The notes under the pieces were generated by a model. The model did not search any database, had not been told where the DNA came from, and saw only the letters and a list, made by a program, of their open reading frames with translations. From contig CAZAAL010000002.1 of NCBI GenBank assembly GCA_964483315.1, positions 72,689 to 136,688 of the forward strand: a stretch of DNA of 64,000 nt, in the 5' to 3' direction. This stretch comes from an uncultured Candidatus Saccharibacteria bacterium (GTDB lineage: Bacteria > Patescibacteriota > Saccharimonadia > Saccharimonadales > UBA10212). A program made the translations under genes and the position numbers. Positions 1 to 8,333 of this stretch are shown here, piece after piece; position 1 is the stretch's first letter, and every line of letters begins with the position of its first letter.

Positions 1-408
1 ATTGTAATCTGGGACGAAGATCCTAAAAACTACATATCTAACGCCATGAAGCCGGCAAACATTGCCGAGGTAAAACTAGACGAAGCATCAAAAAAAGCCC
101 AAGTAATTGTTGAGGAAGATCAACTTAGCATTGCAATCGGTAAATCTGGTCAAAACGTGCGTCTTGCTAGTAAATTAACTGGTTACGAGCTAGATATCGA
201 AGCCAAAGAATCAGCCAAATCTGACTCTGACGAGACCGCAGTAGCCGATTCTGGTGACGAAAAAGGTGCCACAAAAACCAAAGAGCCAAGTGCCGACACA
301 AAGGTTGAGGCTAAGCCGGTAGTCCAAAAGCTTAAAAAGAAAAGCGAACTAGAAGATTCGCTGCTTTCGGCAATCGAAGAGCACGGAACCGACGAAGACA
401 AAGAGTAA
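1..408 (+). CDS. nusA: Transcription termination/antitermination factor NusA, C-terminal fragment (5' end outside the window)
   Basis: Frame 1 is open from base 1 (IVIWDEDPKNYISNAMKPANIAEV...). KH-domain motif IAIGKSGQNVRLASKLTGYELDI. Acidic, Lys-rich tail. Confidence 0.85.
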   Translation: MVIWDEDPKNYISNAMKPANIAEVKLDEASKKAQVIVEEDQLSIAIGKSGQNVRLASKLTGYELDIEAKESAKSDSDETAVADSGDEKGATKTKEPSADTKVEAKPVVQKLKKKSELEDSLLSAIEEHGTDEDKE

Positions 409-432
409 AATCCAATAATTCTATAACCTATA

Positions 433-472
433 TAAGCACCTTGACACTTCAAGGTGCTTATGCTATATTTTT
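433..472 (+). terminator. Rho-independent terminator after nusA
   Basis: 12-13 bp perfect stem ATAAGCACCTTG / CAAGGTGCTTAT with a short loop, followed by a T-run (468-472). Confidence 0.6.
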
Positions 473-481
473 GAATACAAA

Positions 482-1078
482 ATGAAAATAAAAACTGAAT
501 CTGGCTTTACAGTTCTCGAAATCGCTCTTTCGGTAGTCGTCGTTGGGCTACTGGGCGGGGTAGGCTTTTTAACGTATCAGCGAGTCAATAATCAGGATAA
601 TCGTAACTCAACAGCGTCAGACGTCGAAAAAGCAAAACCGCTCGAGTTGCAGGAAACTGAAGCTGAAGATTCCAAAAAAGTTGATGTCCCAAATACGGAG
701 TCAACTGCTGAACAAAAACAACCATCGCCACCGCCACCACCTTCAACCAAAACAACCGAATCTTCAACAAAAACCGAATCAAAGCCAAGTTATACCAGTA
801 TTTCGCTAACAGCCTATGATGCCGATATTAACGAAAGTCGGGTCAAGTTTAAGGGCGCACTACCAGGTAACTACTCGGGTAAGTGTTACTTTACAATCAA
901 AAACCTAACAACTTCGACTTACGTGTCAAAAGAAGTGTCAGTTAACAATGACGACGAATGTCAGGTTGAGGTGCCAAAATCAGAGCTATCAGCAGGCTCA
1001 TACAAGTACTACATTACATTTAAAAATAACGAATATACCGTAAAAGGTAGTTCCGACTACAAACAATTCAATCTATAA
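482..1078 (+). CDS. Type IV pilin-like protein (prepilin-type N-terminal cleavage/methylation motif)
   Basis: N-terminus MKIKTESG|FTVLEIALSVVVVGLLGG fits the G/FTxxE class III signal plus a hydrophobic helix. A Pro/Ser/Thr-rich linker and a C-terminal Cys pair follow. Confidence 0.6.
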   Translation: MKIKTESGFTVLEIALSVVVVGLLGGVGFLTYQRVNNQDNRNSTASDVEKAKPLELQETEAEDSKKVDVPNTESTAEQKQPSPPPPPSTKTTESSTKTESKPSYTSISLTAYDADINESRVKFKGALPGNYSGKCYFTIKNLTTSTYVSKEVSVNNDDECQVEVPKSELSAGSYKYYITFKNNEYTVKGSSDYKQFNL

Positions 1079-1124
1079 CGCTTAACTTTGCATCAGTTAG
1101 ACCTTTGTTCTATGCTCAGATGTA

Positions 1125-1268
1125 ATGAAGTATTTGGTGCTAATCTCAATTGGTCTAGCGTTTTATTTTATGACAGCCACGCAGATGGTAATGTCTCAGC
1201 TTGACAGCTTAAAAGATACCTATCAAAGTTTTGATGAGCTTTCACAGCAAATAGCTGTCGAAAAGTAA
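1125..1268 (+). CDS. Possible 47-aa small membrane protein (below the ORF-track cutoff)
   Basis: ATG...TAA ORF read by hand: MKYLVLISIGLAFYFMTATQMVMSQLDSLKDTYQSFDELSQQIAVEK. It has a hydrophobic N-terminus. No other support. Confidence 0.25.
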   Translation: MKYLVLISIGLAFYFMTATQMVMSQLDSLKDTYQSFDELSQQIAVEK

Positions 1269-1273
1269 AAAAG

Positions 1274-1675
1274 CTAGGCTGCTTTAGCAAGGGGTGGTCT
1301 TGATTGCCTATAGTCTAAACCATCCACGGCCTGTTCAAAAAGTAATGTCTCGTCAGATCCAAACTCCGCTACATAGTCAGGTATATCGCTAAGTTCAAGA
1401 ATAAACTCAATATCAACTTGTCGCTCGACGGTGTAAAGTTTAATCATTCTAACCACACTGGTTCTAGCGTCTTCAAGTCTTTGTGCTTCGCCTTGATTAA
1501 TAGCATCGGTTTGGGTGGTAACCCTTTCTACTTCAAAAAAAGCAATCTGCTCATCTAATATTTTATTGGCGCAATACACCGCATGTTCGTTATAAGCTGT
1601 TCTTAATGCAGTAGCTTTATCAACTCGCTCACTCATGTCTAAACTATATAACAAAACTGCAATATTTTCTAACAA
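1274..1675 (-). CDS. Hypothetical protein (133 aa)
   Basis: Clean ORF with no competing frame. No motif recognised. Confidence 0.5.
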   Translation of the reverse strand: MLENIAVLLYSLDMSERVDKATALRTAYNEHAVYCANKILDEQIAFFEVERVTTQTDAINQGEAQRLEDARTSVVRMIKLYTVERQVDIEFILELSDIPDYVAEFGSDETLLFEQAVDGLDYRQSRPPLAKAA

Positions 1676-1749
1676 ACCTCAATTTACCCGCTACACGGCT
1701 TTTTCATATATTTAAAGTTTTTTGCTACCTTGGACGGCAAGGTAGCACC

Positions 1750-1895
1750 AACCGCTGGGCTGCGTTTTTTCTTGATTGACTTTACTAGTAAAACCAAACA
1801 ACAGCCTGCGGAGCTCGCTTCGCTAAAGCAGTCCTCGTCTTTTAGTTGTTTGTTTTACATAAACTCATCATGAAAAATCCGATGCCCGAGACCCA
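1750..1895. repeat. Long imperfect-hairpin intergenic element, copy E1 (conserved core CTGCGGAGCTC...GTCCTCG)
   Basis: Arms AAACCAAACAAC (1791-1802) and GTTGTTTGTTTT (1845-1856) flank a core at 1806-1837. Tail CCGATGCCCGAGA at 1879-1891. Related copies lie at 54768-54902, 55502-55636 and 56029-56106. Confidence 0.5.
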
Positions 1896-1951
1896 AATTT
1901 TAAACACAAATACGTTTTCAAACAGATCTTTCAAAGTATAATAACTTAATA

Positions 1952-2614
1952 ATGTCGACAGAATATCAAACCCTAGAGTGGCAGGAGTCAATAAACGGAT
2001 TTGAGCTTAACTGCAAACTTGATATTGCGATTCATATAGCTGACAGTAAAATTATTTTTATGACTGTTCCAGGAGTTGACGGCAGCGTAGATGGCTATAA
2101 AAACAAATATAAAAAAATTGCCGAGGCTATCCAAAAAGATTTTAAAGTAGCAACTGTACGGATATCCAATCCATTTATTTCGTCACATCACTGGCAAAGT
2201 AATTTACGAAGCGCCTTGCATTTTATTGATTTAAATTCAAAAAGTATTTGCGGACATAAAGATTTTGAGCTAAGAATAATGGCTCATTCTGCCGGCGCTT
2301 CGGCGCTCGCCCAAATTGCCTGGGAGTACCCGTTTATTTCTAGAATATTATTAATTAACCCGGCGTCAAAAATCGGTATGGATAAAATCCAAAAGGGAGT
2401 AGATAAATTTGATGGTGAGCAAGTAACCTTATTTGTTGGCTCCAAAGATCCTTCATCCTCAGAATTTAGCCAGTTTAAAACCAGTAGTGAGCCATCAAAC
2501 TTAAAAATTGTCAGAATAGATGGTGCAAATCACCATTTTTCTGGCAAGCATTTTCCCGATTTCCTTAAAGCGCCCAGCAAATATTTATTCGCAAAATCTC
2601 CAAAACAGGGGTAG
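1952..2614 (+). CDS. Alpha/beta-hydrolase fold protein (putative)
   Basis: Nucleophile-elbow-like motif MAHSAGAS (G/A-H-S-x-G), a late conserved His (GANHHF), and ~220 aa size. Confidence 0.5.
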   Translation: MSTEYQTLEWQESINGFELNCKLDIAIHIADSKIIFMTVPGVDGSVDGYKNKYKKIAEAIQKDFKVATVRISNPFISSHHWQSNLRSALHFIDLNSKSICGHKDFELRIMAHSAGASALAQIAWEYPFISRILLINPASKIGMDKIQKGVDKFDGEQVTLFVGSKDPSSSEFSQFKTSSEPSNLKIVRIDGANHHFSGKHFPDFLKAPSKYLFAKSPKQG

Positions 2615-2642
2615 AAAATAAAAACAGAAAGTTTTATTTTAT

Positions 2643-4460
2643 CTATTGCTCAAGAACAAGCTCATCAGACCAAGCGACTACGATCTGTTCAATATTTGTA
2701 ATCCAATCATCAGAATTGTTGAATGAGTTAGCGCTGTTGGCAATATCACTAACTAAACTTTTCAAATTATTGTGCGTGAAATGCTTGTTGTCTTCACGCA
2801 TTTGTTTGAGCGTTTTTAGCAATTCAACGAATTGATTTATTGTGAGAGGTGCAATTTTCTGTTTATTTCCTTTATAGCCCACTGTGTTGGCGATGTGGAA
2901 TGTTTCTGCACTGTCCGTATGAATTGTTGGAGCGATGAAAATACAGTAAGCTTCATTATGTGAGTTCTCAAAATCCCGCAAATGCCGCATAACTGGTTGA
3001 CCCTCGTTGAACCATTGATCACGACCATTCAACATCGTAACTTCACAAATCATATTGAAACTATCATAAAAACACTCAATATCAGCCATACCACCTGGAG
3101 CGGTTGATGTCGGCTTATTATCATCACCTACAGGATAATTTGGCTTAATTTCTAATGCATCATTAAATGAGTGAAGTCCCATTGTTGAAAGATACTCAAG
3201 CATTATAGCCCTATTTTCAAGGTCAAAAATATTTTCCATTTGCTCAATGTATTGAGATATTGATGAAACTGGTTGAGATTTGATATGATTGTCTTTCTCT
3301 TGCAAATCTTTGCGTATTTTTCGCAAATCGTCGATATACGATGTTAAATCGTTTTCAGGCAATAGGGTAATGTCTTTTTTGCTCTCAACTGATAAGCCAA
3401 GATTATTTTGCAATTCAGCGACATCGTCATATACATCGTTGGCAATTTCAGACAATTTTTCTTTTGTCTGCCAAGGTAAGACTGGCAAATTATCATTTGC
3501 CATATATGCTACATACTCATCTTTATCTGCAAAATGTTTTGGCTTATAAAACTCGCTTTCAAATAACGCATCAATTTCAGTATGACGATTTGGCTCTAAA
3601 TCTATATAAAAACCGTTCCCACGGATACGAATAAACTTTGTTAGACGAAAATATCTAATTGCATTATCGCCATAATCTTGCAGATTTTTTAGCAATTTAT
3701 TGATTTCGGTTTGCTTATTTCTGCCAAGAAAGTTTATTGCAAACTGCTTGCGATAGATATCACGGATTTCCTTGCGTTCTTGTTTGTTTTTTCCGATTTG
3801 TAAATCTCGTAATTCAATTATCTTTTTTGCATAGCTTTCAATTTCTGCATATTTGACCAATGACGGAGCAAAAAACGAAAACTCTCGCTTGCTAATTCCT
3901 GCTGGGCTATTTCCACGTTCTAACTCAATTCTATTGACTTCACTAATCAATTTTAGTGTTGCCACAAAAGGCACAACATCATAATCGCCGTTATCGGCAA
4001 AATCATTGTTTGCTGGGTTTGGTATTTGCCATTTGATAAATGATTTTAGAAAAACATCTCCCGTATCTTTTTCGCTGACTATAAGTTTTTTACCAAGTTT
4101 AGTTATTTTAATCACACCACCATCTATAATCACAAAACCAAACTTTGTGAGTGGGTTGATTGATTGGCGACCGCGCATTGCGAAGTCTGTGTAGTTCTTT
4201 AACCTGATAATTTCTTCTATCGTATTGTCATCAATATCGCTATCTGTATCGTTGATAAGATTTATAATGGTCGGAGTTAAACCATTGTAAAATTGCGCGT
4301 TACCAAAACCATATAGACGATTTTTAATCAAAAGTTTTTGATAATTTTCCTGATTTGAATTGTCCCAAGTTTCGTTTTCAAGTGGTTTTAGGGCAACTAA
4401 AAAATCGCGCAGACGCTCTGGGTTTCTAACCGTCGTTGTAATTGACCATGCTTTCAGCAT
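2643..4460 (-). CDS. AlwI/BstNBI/MlyI/PleI-family type IIS restriction (or nicking) endonuclease
   Basis: 605 aa. Blocks recalled from N.BstNBI-type enzymes: NPLTKFGFVIIDGGVIKITKLGKKL, DVFLKSFIKWQIPNP, NAIRYFRLTKFIRIRGNGFYIDL, GGMADIECFYDSFNMICEVT...GQPVMRHL, YCIFIAPTIH, IAPLTINQFVELLK. Confidence 0.85.
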   Translation of the reverse strand: MLKAWSITTTVRNPERLRDFLVALKPLENETWDNSNQENYQKLLIKNRLYGFGNAQFYNGLTPTIINLINDTDSDIDDNTIEEIIRLKNYTDFAMRGRQSINPLTKFGFVIIDGGVIKITKLGKKLIVSEKDTGDVFLKSFIKWQIPNPANNDFADNGDYDVVPFVATLKLISEVNRIELERGNSPAGISKREFSFFAPSLVKYAEIESYAKKIIELRDLQIGKNKQERKEIRDIYRKQFAINFLGRNKQTEINKLLKNLQDYGDNAIRYFRLTKFIRIRGNGFYIDLEPNRHTEIDALFESEFYKPKHFADKDEYVAYMANDNLPVLPWQTKEKLSEIANDVYDDVAELQNNLGLSVESKKDITLLPENDLTSYIDDLRKIRKDLQEKDNHIKSQPVSSISQYIEQMENIFDLENRAIMLEYLSTMGLHSFNDALEIKPNYPVGDDNKPTSTAPGGMADIECFYDSFNMICEVTMLNGRDQWFNEGQPVMRHLRDFENSHNEAYCIFIAPTIHTDSAETFHIANTVGYKGNKQKIAPLTINQFVELLKTLKQMREDNKHFTHNNLKSLVSDIANSANSFNNSDDWITNIEQIVVAWSDELVLEQ

Positions 4461-4481
4461 AGCCTCATTATGCCATTTAAA

Positions 4482-6470
4482 TCAGTAATTTGTAATAAGT
4501 ACCTCTATTGTTCTATTGTTTTTCGCACTAGAGTGATAATTTGAGTTTTTGTAGTGAAAATTTAGTTTATGAACTTTATATCTATATCTTTTAGCCCATT
4601 CTTTCATTATCTCGTTAATTTCGCCTTTATGTTCTATAACATTTGATAGAGCAAATCTAATTCTTTTTCTATCTAATCTTGTTAATAGCGAATATAAATC
4701 TTTCTCATCTTTTTCTGTCCAACCGCCCATTTCGTTATAACTGGCGAGCCCTAATAAATATGGCGGGTCTAAATATAAAAAATCATCTTTTGCCAACGGC
4801 ATTTGCTCAATATCACGAAAATCACAACTCTTAAACGTAATATTTTTCTCATTTGAGATTTGATTAAAGGCGGCAACATTTTTTCTTGAACTGCCGTTAT
4901 AATCTCGCTTGCCAACTGGCAAATTAAACTCTCCCCTTGAATTAAACCTAATTTGATTATTGAAAGAATAAAGAACAAGTACCAACAATAAATCAATTCT
5001 GGTTTTATCATTATTAAACTCACTGCGAAGTTTTAGAAAAGCATTTTTGTTGTATTGCCCAAGACCAGACGAACTATCAACGCCATAATGGTCGTAACCT
5101 TTTATATAGCTTTGACTTAAACCAAAATCTTCTATGATGTCAATTACTTTTTGATTCAAATCTTCAAAATTGTAGTTTTGAATTAGTTTTAGGAGATTTA
5201 CAACATAACGATTTTTTTCAATACAAATTATATTTTTTGCAGTGGCGTTAATGCCAACATTAGCACCACCAGAAAATACATCGTAAAAAGCCTTAATGTC
5301 GTTTGGAAGTAGTTTTGTTATTTGTGGCAATAATTTATGTTTGCCACCAGTGTAATTTAATGGTGATTTTACAAACCCACTTTGAACAGGGTTATTCTTT
5401 GATGCAAAAACCTTCTTATTAGATTTGGTTGCAACATCTATTTTGCACAAAAATATGCGTTCTTTTAGGTCGTTTTTATTGGATTTACCAGTAGTGAACT
5501 GCTTAAAATCTGTTTCATAAATCTGCACATTTCCTCGCCGTTTTAGTGCGGACAGAATCTCGTGGTCGCTTATAGTTGATTGGGATCGGGCGTTGCCCGA
5601 AGCCCCCATATCGTTGTAAGAAACAAGAATATATTTTGCGTCAATACTATCTATTAAATCACCGAAAGCAACGCCCGCAGATTTCATATTGTATTTGCTT
5701 TTTATGTGAGAACGGTCAATTTTTTTGGCAACGCCAAAAACTTTTTCTTTTTTCCAAGTGGCTATATTCTCTAACAAATGATAGGCATCGGAGTATTGTC
5801 TTGAATTATACGGTGGGTCAATATATATAACATCTGCTTTGATTTTTTTAACTAATTCGTTTGCGTCGTCTTTATATATTTCGGTGGGGTACTTTGAGTT
5901 TGTTATATCGAGTGGCAATAGAAATAGCTTTTTGGCAGGAATATCAATTTTTCTATATGCATCATAATGACCAACCGTGTTGGCAATTCTATCAAGTGCG
6001 TAGATAAGTGATGTTAATAAATATGATTTTTCTCTGCTGGTTATTATTTTTTCTTCAAATAACTTTTCAATATCATCTCTGATAATACCTATTCTTTTGG
6101 CATTTTCTGCGTCAAAATAGGTATTTGAAAAGTTCTTGGAAAAATAGTTTTCATTGAACTTCTTTACTTCGATAAGGTTATAATATTTCAATCGTTCTTT
6201 TAGTATTTCTTCTCTGATTTTGTCTTTTCCAAAAAATGCAATGTAAATATGTGAGTTTGATTCTAAAATGTCATTTACGATAATTTTGGAGCGATTGCAG
6301 AAGTGATTGGCGACCGTACCAGTCCCAGCAAATATGTCAGCAAAAGAGTCAAACTGTATTTTTTCTTTTTCGATAATACTATCAATAAATGAAAGTAGCT
6401 TAGTTTTAGAACCAAGATAGCGCCTTTGAGCTATACAAAACTTGTTGTTTCCAAAATATGCATCGTACAT
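4482..6470 (-). CDS. Fused tandem Dam-like (D12 class) N6-adenine DNA methyltransferase, two MTase modules in one 662-aa protein
   Basis: Two sets of motifs. Module 1: YLGSKTKLL, FADIFAGTGTV, IYIDPPYNSRQY. Module 2: LNYTGGKHKLL, FYDVFSGGANVG, LYLDPPYLLGLASYN. It is adjacent to and co-oriented with the endonuclease. Confidence 0.85.
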   Translation of the reverse strand: MYDAYFGNNKFCIAQRRYLGSKTKLLSFIDSIIEKEKIQFDSFADIFAGTGTVANHFCNRSKIIVNDILESNSHIYIAFFGKDKIREEILKERLKYYNLIEVKKFNENYFSKNFSNTYFDAENAKRIGIIRDDIEKLFEEKIITSREKSYLLTSLIYALDRIANTVGHYDAYRKIDIPAKKLFLLPLDITNSKYPTEIYKDDANELVKKIKADVIYIDPPYNSRQYSDAYHLLENIATWKKEKVFGVAKKIDRSHIKSKYNMKSAGVAFGDLIDSIDAKYILVSYNDMGASGNARSQSTISDHEILSALKRRGNVQIYETDFKQFTTGKSNKNDLKERIFLCKIDVATKSNKKVFASKNNPVQSGFVKSPLNYTGGKHKLLPQITKLLPNDIKAFYDVFSGGANVGINATAKNIICIEKNRYVVNLLKLIQNYNFEDLNQKVIDIIEDFGLSQSYIKGYDHYGVDSSSGLGQYNKNAFLKLRSEFNNDKTRIDLLLVLVLYSFNNQIRFNSRGEFNLPVGKRDYNGSSRKNVAAFNQISNEKNITFKSCDFRDIEQMPLAKDDFLYLDPPYLLGLASYNEMGGWTEKDEKDLYSLLTRLDRKRIRFALSNVIEHKGEINEIMKEWAKRYRYKVHKLNFHYKNSNYHSSAKNNRTIEVLITNY

Positions 6471-6767
6471 ATCAATAGAATAGCATATTATCTATGTTCC
6501 TCGTTTATTAGGCAGGGACTTTTGCCGTAGTTAACTCCGAAAGGTGTTATAGTGTATCTCGTTTTCGCCAGCGTACAGCCAGTTAATCCAAAATAAAGTT
6601 GGTGGCTAACTTTTCTTACCAGTCAGCAGTGATTTAGGCAACATCAAAAAAGATAAATAAAATTTACACCCAGACCTACATAAATATCCCAAACTTGTTG
6701 TCTAAGGTTAAACTACATATAACATGCATTTATCTAGTGTTGATATAATTAAAGGGTTAACAATTTA

Positions 6768-6898
6768 AGTATCAAGAGTGTGGCGAGAGTTCTAGCTTAA
6801 TGACCCACCACCAACCCATTTAGTTGGGTGGTACACCTAGCCCGCAAAGGGAAGGATAATTGTACAAAATCCTTTCCACGCGCAGTAAGGATATTTTT
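6768..6898 (+). promoter_or_regulatory. Diverged SAM-I (S-box)-like riboswitch leader, paralogue of the metK leader
   Basis: Shares these blocks with the metK leader at 15582-15757: TATAATTA (6744), GTTAACAATTTAA, TATCAAGAGTG, CCCGCAAAGGGAAGGAT, ATCCTTTCC and AAGGAT-Tn-ATGTCAAAA. The central P2/P3 segment is different. Confidence 0.5.
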
Positions 6899-7222
6899 AT
6901 GTCAAAAAAATTAATCTTCATGATTTCGGCTCATGGAAAAACAAAAGAGCAATTCAAAAAAGAAGTTTTAAGTGAACTGGTTAGGTTCCATGCCAGCCAA
7001 CTTGGGCTAAATAAGTGCGAAAATTGCGGCGAATACAAAGGCACTGCTAAAGAAAAAGGGCATAACATTGAGGTTATTTGCAGCTGCGATGGTATTTTGT
7101 GCGCAAAGTGCAATAAAAGCATTATTCGACGCCCAATGTCTAACCACTTTTCAGGCAAAGACTGCAAAATTTGGCACACGTTTTACTTACTTAACAGCTG
7201 TAAGGACTGCCGCCAAGTTTGA
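6899..7222 (+). CDS. Cys-rich small protein (107 aa), putative zinc-ribbon-like, unknown function
   Basis: ATG at 6899 sits in the same position relative to the leader as the metK ATG. CxxC-type motifs: CENCGEY, CSCDGILCAKCNKS, CKDCRQV. The track start at 6860 is a less likely TTG. Confidence 0.6.
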   Translation: MSKKLIFMISAHGKTKEQFKKEVLSELVRFHASQLGLNKCENCGEYKGTAKEKGHNIEVICSCDGILCAKCNKSIIRRPMSNHFSGKDCKIWHTFYLLNSCKDCRQV

Positions 7223-7315
7223 ATTGAAAATAAAATCCCTAGGCCCTTGCAGCTTCTGATGAATGAACTTTTGTGTCTGGGGATCGGATTTTTTCGTTTG
7301 GGGTATAATTACATT

Positions 7316-7918
7316 ATGAATAAAGCGCTTAAGTTTATATTCGTTTTATTGGTTGTTGTTATTGGTGGAGTAGTGGTTTATCAACAGATGCAGATTAAGC
7401 AGTTAAAAGATGACACGACTGCGATCCAGGCGGAAGTTAAAAAGAATGCCGAAAGTATTGCAGCTACTGATAGGGCGGCATTCTTCTTGCCGTATAGCGC
7501 ATATAGTTTACAGCGAATGGCTTACAATGCCACAACCAATACACTGTATATTCCGGAACTAAAAGTTAAGATTCCTTACAGCGATTTAGCAAGCACTTTG
7601 CTATACTCACCGCGTTTTAATGGAGCAAACGGCTCAGCCGGTGATGTTGATGTGACCACCGATTCTTTTGCACCGCCTCAAGAAACTACTCAACTTAATT
7701 GTACAAATATTATTCGACTTAAAGTTGAAGACAAACCGAATCCCTATAATCCGGCCGAAAAAGCTACCACATACGATCTTGGCGGTGGCAAGAAGTTACA
7801 AGTTTATGTTTTTAGCGGTGAGCTAGAAGGCAATAGCCAGTGCAAAAACGCCTACGAAGCTCAAAAAATAGACACTCAAGAATTTGCCAAAGCCTTCGCC
7901 GGGGCAAGCTCTTACTAA
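7316..7918 (+). CDS. Hypothetical membrane-anchored/secreted protein
   Basis: Start MNKALKFIFVLLVVVIGGVVVY (signal anchor). TATAAT at 7304-7309 lies 6 nt upstream of the ATG. The track start at 7247 is unlikely. Confidence 0.6.
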   Translation: MNKALKFIFVLLVVVIGGVVVYQQMQIKQLKDDTTAIQAEVKKNAESIAATDRAAFFLPYSAYSLQRMAYNATTNTLYIPELKVKIPYSDLASTLLYSPRFNGANGSAGDVDVTTDSFAPPQETTQLNCTNIIRLKVEDKPNPYNPAEKATTYDLGGGKKLQVYVFSGELEGNSQCKNAYEAQKIDTQEFAKAFAGASSY

Positions 7919-8046
7919 AAACCGCTTACTTATATTTATAAACAAAAAAAGCTGATTGATTCGGTCTAGTCGGACGCACTAACAGTTGACGAGACAATGG
8001 GTGGATATTGCAATAAAAGACTAGTTGTGGGATAATATGCAACATT

Positions 8047-8331
8047 ATGTTAGGAAATTTTGAAGGCCAACCGGAGCCTAAGCCGGTTAAAATAATTAAC
8101 GAAATTATTGAAGAAAAACTTATAAAAGATAGCTTACTGCCTGAACCTGTTGAAGAAAAACTTATAAAAGATAGCTTACTGCCTGAACCTGAGGACTCTG
8201 GTAGGAACATGGTCGGTGGGCTGATTGATTTTGCGACTGATGACGAAGCAGCCCGAAAACCAATCGAGCCAAAAGAGCGTGACTTTTTAGGTGGCCTTGA
8301 TTTTAGAGCAGAAGATCCAACCCAAAATTAA
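8047..8331 (+). CDS. Hypothetical acidic protein with an internal 14-aa tandem repeat
   Basis: The ORF contains EEKLIKDSLLPEPV/EEKLIKDSLLPEPE, encoded by a 42-bp tandem duplication. Confidence 0.45.
   Translation: MLGNFEGQPEPKPVKIINEIIEEKLIKDSLLPEPVEEKLIKDSLLPEPEDSGRNMVGGLIDFATDDEAARKPIEPKERDFLGGLDFRAEDPTQN
8110..8191 (+). repeat. 42-bp tandem direct repeat x2 inside a coding region
   Basis: GAAGAAAAACTTATAAAAGATAGCTTACTGCCTGAACCTG occurs twice back to back. Confidence 0.9.
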
Positions 8332-8333
8332 AA

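Noticed and set aside
8110-8191. Tandem repeat considered as a possible mini CRISPR or repeat array
   Set aside because: There are only two directly abutting copies with no spacers, they are in frame inside an ORF, and no cas genes are present. It is a coding tandem duplication.
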